A stretch of 41,516 bases of DNA from Deltaproteobacteria bacterium (GCA_032128115.1 JAQBHB010000017.1:1-41516); one strand, 5' to 3'; shown: positions 20,087 through 29,602, counted from the stretch's first letter. Program-made: numbers and translations. Notes: generated by a model not told the origin, from the letters alone.

Positions 20087-21034
20087 CTAGTAGGCGCCCT
20101 GGCCCTCGAATACACGCCTCGGGTTGTCGACGGTGAGAATGCGGATCTGTTCCTCGTCGACACCTTCTTCACGCAGTGCGGGGATCACGTCCTCGGAAAT
20201 GTGGCGGAAGTTCCAGCGCGGCGTCATTCCCGCGATCATGTCGGCGGGGTAGAAGTCGAAGTGACAGCAGGCATCGTGGGAAAGCACCATCTGGCCCACC
20301 CGGCCCCGGCGGCACAGCTCGGCCACGGTGCTGACGCGCTTCTCCATGGGCAGGTAGACGTCCACGCCGAAGCGGTCCATGCCGATGGTGCTGCCACGCG
20401 CCAGGATCTTCTCCAGGTGGTCCACGTCTTCGGTATCGCCGCAGTGGCCGATCACCACCCGGGAGAGGTCGACTCCTTCCTCCTCGAAGATGTCCTGCTG
20501 GCGCGGACCCACCTCGTGCTGCACCGACGTGTGGGTCGAGATGGGCAGGCCCGTGGCGCGGTGCAGGCGCGAGGTCACCCGCAAGAGCTTCTCGTTGAAG
20601 GGGGTCACCCCGAAGTGGTCGGTGGCGCACTTGATGATGCCGGCCTTGATGCCCGTGCCCTGGATGCCCTTCTCCACGTCGCGCAGCAGGAGCTCCACCA
20701 GGCGATCCTCGGGCCAGTTGAGCAGCGACGGCTCCTCGGTCCAGTAGAAGCCGGTGGCCGCAATCACCTGCATCTCGGCCTTCTCGGCCACTTCGTGGAT
20801 CACCGAGATATCGCGACCCAGGTTGACCGGCGTGAGATCCACGATCGTGTTCACGCCGCGCGCCTTGGCCGCGAGCACCTCGGCAACCGCAAAGGGCACG
20901 TGCTTGTCGCGATCGTACCAATCGGAGAAGTTCACGAGCATGGCGTTGTTCGCCACCATGATGTGCTCGTGCATCAGCGTGAAGCCGAGGTCCTGTGTAT
21001 CGATGGGCCCGAGAACGCCGTTGACCTTGGCCAT
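20087..21034 (-). CDS. Phosphotriesterase-related protein / lactonase
   Basis: TLMHEH, ATGFY, GIIKCA, HCGD, MDRFG, LSHD. Confidence 0.92.
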   Translation of the reverse strand: MAKVNGVLGPIDTQDLGFTLMHEHIMVANNAMLVNFSDWYDRDKHVPFAVAEVLAAKARGVNTIVDLTPVNLGRDISVIHEVAEKAEMQVIAATGFYWTEEPSLLNWPEDRLVELLLRDVEKGIQGTGIKAGIIKCATDHFGVTPFNEKLLRVTSRLHRATGLPISTHTSVQHEVGPRQQDIFEEEGVDLSRVVIGHCGDTEDVDHLEKILARGSTIGMDRFGVDVYLPMEKRVSTVAELCRRGRVGQMVLSHDACCHFDFYPADMIAGMTPRWNFRHISEDVIPALREEGVDEEQIRILTVDNPRRVFEGQGAY

Positions 21035-21147
21035 GGGGGTCTCTCCTGTGGAATCGGATGCAGGCTGCGAACCACCGCCGCACATTCTGCCACGCGGGTC
21101 GTCCGGAATGGAGGAAATTGCCCTGCTCGATCCTGCGTCCAGCCGGA

Positions 21148-21951
21148 CTAGATGCCGCCCTCGTGCTCCCGGCCCTGCACCAGGGTATAGGGGCGACCGG
21201 TTCCGATGGGTTCGAGTCCCTTGATGAAGCGACAGGTGGCGCTGGCGTAGTGAGCAGAGATGGCGCGCCTGCAGCCCTGGGTGCGGTTGCGACCCGAACC
21301 GTGCAGCAGCAGGGGATGGAAGAACACCGTATCGCCGGGCTCCATCTCCAGATGCACGCGCTCGGTCTGCTCGCCCACACCGTTGGCGCCCACATACAGG
21401 AAATTCACGTACTCCCAGTCGGGATTTTCGTGCTTGCGCAATTCCCCCTTGTGGGAGCCGGGCACCGCCACCAGGCAGCCGTTCTCGCGCGTGCAGGGGT
21501 CGAGCGCCGTCCAGGTGGCCACGATGCCGTCGGCCGGCCGGAACGGGAAGTAGAGCAGGTCCTGGTGCAGCGGGTGGCGACCGTCCACACCCGGGGGCTT
21601 GTTGATCAGCATGCTGTGGATCGACTTGATGTCGGGCCCGACGAAGGCTTCCACCCACGCCAGCAGCGCCGGGTGCCGGGCGTAGCCTTCGAACAGCACC
21701 GGGTCGTGGTGGAAATCCTGGATCTTGGCCACGGCCTGCTCGGGCGATGCCGCCTCGACGACACCCTTGGCCACCATCACGTCGCGCATCACCAACATGT
21801 CCCGGGCGGGCTCGACTTCGCCCCTGACGATGGCGAGAAAACGCCGGGACCAGGCCTCCAGGTCCGAGGTGTCGAAGAGCTTCCGCACGACCAGATAGCC
21901 GTTCTCGTCGTAGAAGCTGCGATTGGCGTCGGTGAGCGGGGACTCGGACAT
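21148..21951 (-). CDS. phyH: Phytanoyl-CoA dioxygenase family (2OG-Fe(II))
   Basis: MLINKPP, HPLHQD, NGCL..VPGSHK, FHPLLLHGSG. Confidence 0.92.
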   Translation of the reverse strand: MSESPLTDANRSFYDENGYLVVRKLFDTSDLEAWSRRFLAIVRGEVEPARDMLVMRDVMVAKGVVEAASPEQAVAKIQDFHHDPVLFEGYARHPALLAWVEAFVGPDIKSIHSMLINKPPGVDGRHPLHQDLLYFPFRPADGIVATWTALDPCTRENGCLVAVPGSHKGELRKHENPDWEYVNFLYVGANGVGEQTERVHLEMEPGDTVFFHPLLLHGSGRNRTQGCRRAISAHYASATCRFIKGLEPIGTGRPYTLVQGREHEGGI

Positions 21952-21998
21952 GTGTCTTGGCTCGAGATCGGCGTACTTATACAATACGCAAACCACCG

Positions 21999-23102
21999 AT
22001 GTCGAACCTCCCCAGCAAGACCCTGGCCATGGTCCTGACCGCACCCCGAAAGCTCGAGGCGCGGGACCTGCCGATTCCCGAGATCGGCGACGACGACGCC
22101 CTGCTGCGAATCGACGCCTGCGGCATCTGCGGAAGCGACTACGAGCAGTTCGAGGGCAGCCTGCGCACACCCATGCCGGTGATCCCCGGCCACGAACCGC
22201 TGGGCACCATCGCGAAGATCGGCGACCGGGCGGCAAGGCGCTGGGGCGTGGACACGGGCGATCGGGTCGCTGTGGAGACCATGCTGTCGTGCCGTTTCTG
22301 TCCGCCGTGCCTGGCGGGCCGCTACCACCTGTGCCGGTCGCGAAGGATCTACTCCTACATCCCGCTCTCCGAAGAGCCGGGCCTCTGGGGCTCGTACTCC
22401 GAGTACATGTACGTGGCGCCCAACTCGATCGTCCACAGGGTGGACGCGTCGCTTCCGCCTGAGATCGCGGTGATGTTCAACCCGCTGGGCGCCGGCTTCC
22501 GGTGGGCGGTGGAGATCCCGAAAACGGGCCCGGGCAGCACGGTGCTGATCCTGGGACCGGGGCAGCGGGGCCTGGCCAGCGTGTTGGCGTGCCGCGAGGC
22601 CGGCGCCGACAAGATCCTGGTTACGGGCCTTGCAGCCGACGCCCGCAAGCTGGCGCTGGCGCGTGAATTCGGGGCCGACCACACCATCGACGTACAGAAC
22701 GAGAACACCAAGCAGCGGGTGCGCGAGCTCACCGACGGCCTCGGCGCAGACGTGGTGGTGGACGTTTCGTCCTACGCCACCGAGCCGGTGAGCGAGTCGT
22801 TGGACTACGTGGCCACCGGCGGCACGATCGTGCTGGCCGGCGTGAAGGGTTTCAAGCCGATTCCAGACTTCATCTCCGACAAGATCGTGCTCAAGGAAAT
22901 CGCGGTCCGCGGCGCCATCGGCGTCACCTCCACCGGCTACGCCAGCGCCATCCGGCTGTTGGAGTCGCGAAGGCACCCGGTGGAGAAGATGCACACACAC
23001 GACTTCGGGTTGCGCGACGCCGAACTCGCGATCCGCACGCTGGCCCGGGAAATCGAGGGTGAGGAATCGATCCACTCGTGTCTTCTCCCCGGAAGGGATT
23101 GA
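21999..23102 (+). CDS. Zn-dependent alcohol dehydrogenase (MDR family)
   Basis: CGICGSD, GHE, CRFCPPC..C, GPGQRG. Confidence 0.92.
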   Translation: MSNLPSKTLAMVLTAPRKLEARDLPIPEIGDDDALLRIDACGICGSDYEQFEGSLRTPMPVIPGHEPLGTIAKIGDRAARRWGVDTGDRVAVETMLSCRFCPPCLAGRYHLCRSRRIYSYIPLSEEPGLWGSYSEYMYVAPNSIVHRVDASLPPEIAVMFNPLGAGFRWAVEIPKTGPGSTVLILGPGQRGLASVLACREAGADKILVTGLAADARKLALAREFGADHTIDVQNENTKQRVRELTDGLGADVVVDVSSYATEPVSESLDYVATGGTIVLAGVKGFKPIPDFISDKIVLKEIAVRGAIGVTSTGYASAIRLLESRRHPVEKMHTHDFGLRDAELAIRTLAREIEGEESIHSCLLPGRD

Positions 23103-23950
23103 TCCTGGACTTCGTTCGCAGCTGGATCGAAAAATCGCCGTACGCGCTGGCACTGGGAGCGAGCCTCGAATCGCTTTGCGAGGACTCGGCGCGGCTGCGC
23201 CTTCCCTACCGGGACGAGAACTCGAATCCCGGCAAGGCCCTCCACGGCGGCTGCGCCGCATCGCTGTCCATGTTGGGGGCGCATGCGGTGGCGCGCGCGT
23301 CCCTGGGTGAAGCCTCGGGTCCCTGGCATACGGCGTCCCTGCAGGTGAACTACCTGGCCGCTGCCAAGGACGAAGCCGTCACCGCCGACGCGCGCCTGCT
23401 GCGCAGGGGCAAGGAGATGTGTTTCGCCGAAGTGGACGTGGTCACCGAGGACGGCAAGCCCATCGCGCATGCCACGGCCATGGTGCGCGCGCGCTTCGGC
23501 GAGGATCCCCCCGAGCTCGCCATCGCCGCAGGCGACGCGGGCGACTCCGACCCCGGACCCATGGGCCCCTTCATCGGGCGGGTCCCCTTCATCGGGAACC
23601 GCGGCATCGAGGTCCAGCACATGACCGGGGGCCGCTCGCGACTCAGCATGCCCTGCAACGACGCCAACACCGATACGGGGGGCGCTCTTCACGAAGGTGC
23701 CGTGCTGGCCCTGCTCGACACCACCGGCGCCATGGCGTCCTGGGCCGAGACGGGGCCCGGGCCCTACCGCGCGTCCACGCCCTCGATCCAGGCCCAGATC
23801 CTGGCGCCCCCGCCGCGCGACGATTTGATCGCCTACGGGCACTGTGTGCAGCGCGACCGGGAGATCCTGTGGAGCGATGTCGAAGTCGCGGGCCGGTCGG
23901 ATGGCCGGGTGTGTGCGCGTGGCACCGTGATCTACCGGATCCTGACGTGA
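23099..23950 (+). CDS. Tandem hotdog-fold (PaaI-like) thioesterase
   Basis: Two repeats: LHGGCAASL and LHEGAVLALLD; TTGA overlap start inferred. Confidence 0.85.
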   Translation: MILDFVRSWIEKSPYALALGASLESLCEDSARLRLPYRDENSNPGKALHGGCAASLSMLGAHAVARASLGEASGPWHTASLQVNYLAAAKDEAVTADARLLRRGKEMCFAEVDVVTEDGKPIAHATAMVRARFGEDPPELAIAAGDAGDSDPGPMGPFIGRVPFIGNRGIEVQHMTGGRSRLSMPCNDANTDTGGALHEGAVLALLDTTGAMASWAETGPGPYRASTPSIQAQILAPPPRDDLIAYGHCVQRDREILWSDVEVAGRSDGRVCARGTVIYRILT

Positions 23951-24567
23951 GCCGGATCTTCGGGGAGATCCGCCAGAACGGCTACGTGGTCCGCGACATC
24001 CAGGCGGCGCTCGGGCACTGGACCGGGGTGCTTGGCGTGGGTCCCTTCTTCTACTTCGAGCGCGCGCCCATCGAGGACTTTCGATATCGGGACCAGGCGT
24101 CGCCCCTCGAGGTGAGCATCGCGCTCGCCAACTCCGGGCCGCTCCAGATCGAGCTGATCCAGCAGCGAAATGACGCCCCCTCCATGTACCGCGACTTCCT
24201 GGCGGCCGGGCGCGAGGGCCTGCAGCACGTGGCGTACTGGACCGAGCGCTTCGACGAAGACCTCGAACGCTGCGAGAAGGCGGGCTACGCGGTGGGCCAG
24301 TCGGGCCGTGTGGGTGAGGGGGGGCGCTTCGTCTACTTCGAGACCGAGGCGCACCCGGGCACGGTGGTCGAACTCTCGGAGATCAGCGGCGCCAAGGGGC
24401 GCTTCTTCCAACACATCGCAGACACCGCACAAACCTGGGACGGCAGCGACCCGATTCGTCAGACGGGCCGGAGGTCGGCGAGGGCGTACCGGTCGGTACG
24501 TCGAGGCGGCCTGAGGGACATTCACGAGGCGGGAGCAGTGCGATTGAGCCCCCCCTCGCTCTGCTAG
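23947..24567 (+). CDS. VOC (glyoxalase/methylmalonyl-CoA epimerase-like) protein with extended C-terminus
   Basis: QNGYVVRDI, QIELIQ, GLQHVAY; GTGA overlap. Confidence 0.88.
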   Translation: MSRIFGEIRQNGYVVRDIQAALGHWTGVLGVGPFFYFERAPIEDFRYRDQASPLEVSIALANSGPLQIELIQQRNDAPSMYRDFLAAGREGLQHVAYWTERFDEDLERCEKAGYAVGQSGRVGEGGRFVYFETEAHPGTVVELSEISGAKGRFFQHIADTAQTWDGSDPIRQTGRRSARAYRSVRRGGLRDIHEAGAVRLSPPSLC

Positions 24568-25652
24568 GCGGCGCCGCTCCCGGGCGTGCGACGCGCCCGG
24601 CGAGCGTAGAGGGACAGTCCAACGAAGCCCGCCAGCAGGTGGATCGCCGTGGCCGGCTCGGGCACCAACACGAAGTCGAATCGAGTCGAAACCGCCAGGT
24701 GGTCCGAAAGCGGGTCGCCATTGGTGTCGACGAACAAGGCGTCGAGCACCGCGTAGCTCATCGGTGTGAGCTGGACGTCCGAGCTGCCGCGGTAGAGGAT
24801 CTTGTCCACCAGCTCGCAGTTGGGCCCGCTGGCATCCACGTCCATGCCCATCGCCGTGCCTCGGGGCGGCGGGCACGAGCTGTTCAGCGGTGAGCCAAAG
24901 CCCGGAATGACAGCGCCATTCGCCTCCTCGACCCAGACGTCGCTGACGCCGGTCAGGGTCAAGAGACTTCCGATGATGTCGCTGCTGCTCGTGAAGAGGC
25001 TGTTGGTGTCGCCCATCACGATCACCGCAGTGCCGACTGAATTGGCGTTGATGTAGGCCGCCAGCTCGTTGATGTTGTTCTGTCGTGCGCCGATGCTCCC
25101 GTTGCTGGCGTCGCCATCCTGGCCGGCGTCGGCGTGCAGGTTGTAGACGTCCAGCAGAAATTCGCCGGCGCCCGGATCCAGATCGACGCGAGCGCGGGCG
25201 AAGCCCTTATTCGTGTCGCAGTCGCTGCCGTTTGCGCCCCCTGTGCCGAAGCATCCGGGCGAGAACGTCGCGTTCGTTCCCCACTGCACCCGGTCGTATG
25301 AATTGATCGTGAAGTCCGACATCGTGGTGAGCCCGTCCCCGATGAAGCTGGGTCCATCGTTGGCTTTGGCCGTGATGCTCGAATAGGTCGATCCCGTGGT
25401 GATGGTGGCGTAATAGCCCGGATCGAAGAGCTCCTGGAGGCCCACGATGGCGTTGCCGACCGGTACGTGAAACGCTTCGATTTTCGGTGCGATGCCGCCG
25501 ATCTGGGAGGTCCGATCCTCGATGGGCGGCGACGGCAGGCCGCGCACGTTGTAGCTGAGGATGTCCAGTGGTGTAGCGGCGGCTGATCCCGTGAGGATCA
25601 ACGCCAATCCGGCTCCTGCCGCGATGCTTTCCCAGATGCGATTTCCGTCCAT
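24564..25652 (-). CDS. Secreted endonuclease/exonuclease/phosphatase-family protein with PEP-CTERM
   Basis: SYNVRG, LQE, NLHAD, MGDTN, VDKI, LSDH; VPEP-TM-RRARR; GAGGAG RBS. Confidence 0.88.
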   Translation of the reverse strand: MDGNRIWESIAAGAGLALILTGSAAATPLDILSYNVRGLPSPPIEDRTSQIGGIAPKIEAFHVPVGNAIVGLQELFDPGYYATITTGSTYSSITAKANDGPSFIGDGLTTMSDFTINSYDRVQWGTNATFSPGCFGTGGANGSDCDTNKGFARARVDLDPGAGEFLLDVYNLHADAGQDGDASNGSIGARQNNINELAAYINANSVGTAVIVMGDTNSLFTSSSDIIGSLLTLTGVSDVWVEEANGAVIPGFGSPLNSSCPPPRGTAMGMDVDASGPNCELVDKILYRGSSDVQLTPMSYAVLDALFVDTNGDPLSDHLAVSTRFDFVLVPEPATAIHLLAGFVGLSLYARRARRTPGSGAA

Positions 25653-25685
25653 TTCAGCGTTTCTCCTCAGTGGCTTCAGGCGTCT

Positions 25686-25704
25686 TTTGCACCCGCGGGG
25701 CCGA
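25686..25704 (-). promoter_or_regulatory. Putative sigma54 promoter
   Basis: TCGGCCCCGCGGGTGCAA: GG-N10-GC, same CGG...GTGCA frame as 7921-7938. Confidence 0.35.
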
Positions 25705-25863
25705 GGCCTCGGGGGGAGCCAGTGCAATAGGTGGTTTCAGACCCACCGATGTGGCATCGAAGCCCCACATATGAGAAATCGGATGATCACAATCACGCCC
25801 CCCGGGGGGTGGGGGGGGGGGGCGGTCACGCGATCAGCTGAGGCCCACGCGAGGAGGCTTGCC

Positions 25864-26034
25864 ATGGCTGGCGATGGAAATGCCGGATACCGCTACGACC
25901 AGACCATCCGCATGTTCGCGGCCGAGCCCGCGTTCGAGGGCGACGCGAGCCAGACCGAGGTCGGGGGCCGGACGCACGAAGACACTCGCCTTGAGCCCCC
26001 GCGGGCCAGGTGCGCGAGAGATTGCGCAATCTAG
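25864..26034 (+). CDS. Short ORF or gene remnant
   Basis: Strong GAGGAGG RBS before ATG; 56 aa, no recognisable family. Confidence 0.3.
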   Translation: MAGDGNAGYRYDQTIRMFAAEPAFEGDASQTEVGGRTHEDTRLEPPRARCARDCAI

Positions 26035-26271
26035 GAGTTGTTGACTTCCTACGCGCAAAGGTGACAACCGATTGCACTGGGAAGCGGACTGCCTGGGGCG
26101 GTTGGCCTCCCCTTCATCTTCGAGGGATCAAAGCTCTCGCCGATGAGATGACCGCCCCCTGGGGAGCTTGCGGGGACTCGCTGGTTCGATTCCACCCAAT
26201 GGCGGGGCCCGCCGATTCTCGATTCGGACTGTACGCGGTACTCTCCTGGAGTCGAAAACGGAGGATCGAAC

Positions 26272-26724
26272 ATGTCGGAAGACCAGGCTACGCCCAAGCA
26301 GAGCGTGACGCCCATCTACAACCGACCCGGTGTTCTCAAGGCCGTCATCGCAATCATCGCCGTCGCCTTCTTGTGGGCTGTGTTCTCGGAGTCGGACGAC
26401 GACGAGTGGGACGACATGGAAGAAGCAGCTTTTCTGATGCAGCAAGGCCAGATGCCCGGCGTCGGGGCGAACGCGACAGGCGGCTTCCCGATGGATGCGC
26501 CGATGTCCGACTATCAAGACGACTACGACGATCTCGAGGACGAGTCCGTGGGCGGCTATCCCAATCAGGGCGGCTACCCGGACCAGGGCGGCTACTACGA
26601 CGATGGCGGGTTCCGCGGCCAGGCCGAAGTGGGCGGTTCGCCGATCGTGAGCGGAACCATCGACAACTCGGGCGAGGGCAACCACGTGTTCTCGGTCGAC
26701 GGCAAGGTGCTCGAACTGCCCTGA
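26272..26724 (+). CDS. Acidic single-TM hypothetical protein with GGYP(N/D)Q repeats
   Basis: GGAGG RBS; TM segment; three 18-bp repeat units at 26551-26604. Confidence 0.75.
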   Translation: MSEDQATPKQSVTPIYNRPGVLKAVIAIIAVAFLWAVFSESDDDEWDDMEEAAFLMQQGQMPGVGANATGGFPMDAPMSDYQDDYDDLEDESVGGYPNQGGYPDQGGYYDDGGFRGQAEVGGSPIVSGTIDNSGEGNHVFSVDGKVLELP

Positions 26725-26855
26725 CCTGCGGAGCCCGCGCGCTTCTCTTGCAGCACCGAGAACGGCCAGTCGCACTTGCCGCAAACCAGCACGATCACCG
26801 GCGCTTCGTGCATGTGATCCACCTGGTAGCGCAGTGCGCGGACCGTGCGCGCCAA
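26725..26855 (-). pseudogene. Internal fragment of a nitroreductase-family gene
   Basis: YQVDHMHEAPVIVLVCG resembles the nitroreductase central motif; no intact N- or C-terminus. Confidence 0.45.
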
Positions 26856-26896
26856 TCCCGTCTATACTCGGAACAGCCGCGCCGCGGAGTCCGTCC

Positions 26897-27796
26897 ATGT
26901 CTCCCCGAATCGTCCCCGCCATCTCGGCGTTCCTGCTGCTTGCGCCGGTCCACGCCGCCCACGCCGCCGACCTCGAAGTCCTGATTCCCTGGTACAACTA
27001 CCCGACGCATTATGACCCCCCGTCCTACCAGTGGGACGACCTGGCAGCTTCCACCTCGCAGGTAGCGATCACCGCGATCATCAACCCATCCAACGGGCCG
27101 GGAGCGGGCGGTCCGAACGCCGACTACGTCGTGGGGATGACGGATCTGGCGGCAGGCGGGGTCACGACCGTCGGCTACGTGTCCACCTCCTTCGGATCAA
27201 GGGACATCGACACCGTCAAGGCCGACATCGACGAGTGGGCGGACAACTGGGCGGACGACGGGATCTCCGGGATCTTCCTGGACGAAGTCACCAGTGGTCC
27301 CGCGGATCTGGACTACTACGAGGCGCTCTACCTCTACGCGCTGGGCAAGCCCGGCATCGACAAGGTCTACGGCAACCCCGGCACGAACGCCGACGAAGGC
27401 TACTTCACGAGGCCCGCCGCCACGATTCTCGTCATCTTCGAGGATGAAGCCTCACAGTGGTCATCCTACACCCCGGATTCCTGGGTCGCGGGCTACCCCG
27501 CGAGCCGATTCTCGATGCTGGCCCACACCGCCGCCACGGCCGCCGACATGCAGGCGGCCATCGACCTCGCGGTCCAGCGGAACATCGGTTTCGTCTACGT
27601 GACCGACGACGTCCTGCCCAACCCCTGGGACACCCTGCCCAGCTACTGGCAGGACGAGCTGGATTACCTGGAAGCCCTGAACGCAGCGTCGACGGTGCCA
27701 GCCCTTCCCGGGACGGGCCCGCTGTGGCTGGCGCTGGTGCTGGCCGCAACGGGCCGGGCCGCAATCCGCGGCTCGGCTCGCCGCGAATCGCGCTGA
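26897..27796 (+). CDS. Spherulation-specific family 4 (GH135-like) secreted protein with IPTL-CTERM-like tail
   Basis: IINPSNGPG, GYVST, GIFLDE, GNPGT, YVTDD..PNPWDTLPSYW; VPAL-TM-basic tail. Confidence 0.85.
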   Translation: MSPRIVPAISAFLLLAPVHAAHAADLEVLIPWYNYPTHYDPPSYQWDDLAASTSQVAITAIINPSNGPGAGGPNADYVVGMTDLAAGGVTTVGYVSTSFGSRDIDTVKADIDEWADNWADDGISGIFLDEVTSGPADLDYYEALYLYALGKPGIDKVYGNPGTNADEGYFTRPAATILVIFEDEASQWSSYTPDSWVAGYPASRFSMLAHTAATAADMQAAIDLAVQRNIGFVYVTDDVLPNPWDTLPSYWQDELDYLEALNAASTVPALPGTGPLWLALVLAATGRAAIRGSARRESR

Positions 27797-27902
27797 GGTC
27801 GGCTACTCCAGCAGGTCGCAGACGCCCGGAACCAGCAATGGAGCGTGAACCTGCCCGACCTTCCCGAAGGTTTTCCGGAGATCACGAACCCCCCGAAAGA
27901 CG

Positions 27903-28007
27903 CTCGCCGTCCGTTCCCCAGTTGAGGTACTCAACGAGAATGTTGCGTTGACCGGTTGAGCCCAAGCCGTTATCGGACGTGGAAGTCCCGTTATTGTTCC
28001 TATGCCC
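27903..28007. repeat. 105-bp direct repeat, copy 1
   Basis: Matches 29626-29730 with 5 mismatches. Confidence 0.95.
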
Positions 28008-28105
28008 CGCGGATGAACTCATCGACCGAATACGCGTGATTCGGGGGCACGAGGGAGTGCTACTCGTCCGGCTGGGAGCCGCCCCTCTGTGGGCCCGCTA
28101 CCGTA

Positions 28106-29572
28106 ATGACTCGCGACGAGGGTGAGATGGTCGAGTGGCTCCCAGATCTCCGCTTCCTGATGGAGAGCCTCAAGTGGCGGGCGCTGCTCGACAGCGCCCT
28201 GCTTGGTCTCGGCCTGCTGTTGCTCTACCGCGCGTTGAGCCGGGCGCCGACCCGGCGTCTCGCGATCGGAATCGGTTTCGCTGCCCTGCTGCTGTTCGTC
28301 GCCCGCACACTCGACCTGCCGGGCGTGATGTGGGTCTACCGCTACCTGAGCCCGGTCGTCCTGGTCGCGATCGTTGTCGTGTTCCAGCCCGAGCTGCGCC
28401 GCGTCCTCGAGCAGGCGGCTCTGTGGGGCTCGCCCGCGCAGGCCCACCCGGACGGAATCGCCAACGTCATCGCGGAAGCCCTCAACCGGCTCGCGGAACG
28501 GCGTTACGGGGCGCTGATCGTGCTGCCGGGCCGCGAACCGATCGACGCCTGCGTGTCGGGCGGGGTCACAGTGCACGCCGAGCTGAGCGTCGTCCTGTTG
28601 CTCAGCATCTTCGACTCCCACTCGCCCGGCCACGACGGAGCCGTGACCATCGTCAACGGACAGATCGATCAGATGGGTGTGCGCTTGCCCTTGTCGCGCG
28701 GCGACACGCTGTCCGCCGAGTTCGGCACCAGACACAACGCCGCGCTCGGTCTCTCCGAGCTGACCGACGCCCTGGTGTTGGTGGTCTCCGAGGAGCGCGG
28801 GACGCTCAGTGCCTTCTCGCACGGCCAGATGTCCGAGCTGCGAGGGCAGGCCGAGGCGTCCCGCCTGCTGAGCGATCACTGGAGCGCGCTCGGGGGTCCG
28901 CAGTCCAAGAGTGCCGCGGGCGCCCGGCAGCTTCGCTTCGGGTTGCAGCTCGGGACCTGCCTCGTCGCCGGGCTGCTGCTGTGGGCGGCGATCGTGATTC
29001 CGTGGGGTGAGATCGTCGAGCGCAGCATCTCGGTGCCCGTCGAGTTCCGCACGCCGGCCGACCTGGCGCTGGTCGGCGAGAAACCCTCCTCGCTGACCCT
29101 CTACGTCTCGGGCGGCGCGTCCGCGGTCGACTCGATCGAGCTGCGGAACCTGCGCGTCGCGTTCGATCTGCTCGAAGCAAAGCCCGGCAAGCAGACGCTG
29201 GTGGTCAACGAGGCGAACGTACGGCTGCCGCCCGCCGTGCGCCTGCTCGACGTCGAGCCGCCCCAGTTCGACGTGGTGCTCGGCGCGATCGAGGAGCGCG
29301 AGATCCCCGTCCACGCCCAGCTCGTGGGCGCCTTGCCCGCCGGCCTGGTCCTCGACAACATCGTGGTGATCCCGGAGCGTGTGCGGGCGGTGACGCCGCT
29401 CAGCAAGAATGGCGACGACGCGGGTCGCAGCGTGACCACCACCCCGATCTACCTGCAGAGCGTGAGCGAGTCGACCCAGATCCAGTGCAAAATCATCGCG
29501 CCCGCCAACTTCCAGCCGGCCGGCCGGCGTTGGCCCGACGTCGAGGTGCACTTGACCATCGTTCCGAAGTAG
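28106..29572 (+). CDS. cdaA: Diadenylate cyclase (DisA_N/CdaA) fused to YbbR (CdaR)-like domain; start 28106 or 28127
   Basis: 3 N-terminal TMs, VVFQPELRR, HDGAV, GTRHNAALGLSE..VVSEERG, then TM and YbbR-like region. Confidence 0.88.
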   Translation: MTRDEGEMVEWLPDLRFLMESLKWRALLDSALLGLGLLLLYRALSRAPTRRLAIGIGFAALLLFVARTLDLPGVMWVYRYLSPVVLVAIVVVFQPELRRVLEQAALWGSPAQAHPDGIANVIAEALNRLAERRYGALIVLPGREPIDACVSGGVTVHAELSVVLLLSIFDSHSPGHDGAVTIVNGQIDQMGVRLPLSRGDTLSAEFGTRHNAALGLSELTDALVLVVSEERGTLSAFSHGQMSELRGQAEASRLLSDHWSALGGPQSKSAAGARQLRFGLQLGTCLVAGLLLWAAIVIPWGEIVERSISVPVEFRTPADLALVGEKPSSLTLYVSGGASAVDSIELRNLRVAFDLLEAKPGKQTLVVNEANVRLPPAVRLLDVEPPQFDVVLGAIEEREIPVHAQLVGALPAGLVLDNIVVIPERVRAVTPLSKNGDDAGRSVTTTPIYLQSVSESTQIQCKIIAPANFQPAGRRWPDVEVHLTIVPK

Positions 29573-29602
29573 CGAGCGCTGGCGCTCCCGGGGGTCGATG
29601 CT

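Noticed and set aside
26079..26200. tRNA or tRNA-Sec (GGAAGCGG start, GGTTCGATTCC)
   Set aside because: No acceptor-stem complement, anticodon arm or CCA end; T-stem mismatched
27797..27860. Long imperfect hairpin after the spherulin gene
   Set aside because: Large bulges and no U-tract; plausible by chance at this GC content
27955..27985. Xer dif site or serine-resolvase res site in the 105-bp repeat (ACGTCCGATAA on - strand)
   Set aside because: Only one half-site resembles the consensus; no XerD arm or symmetric partner at the right spacing
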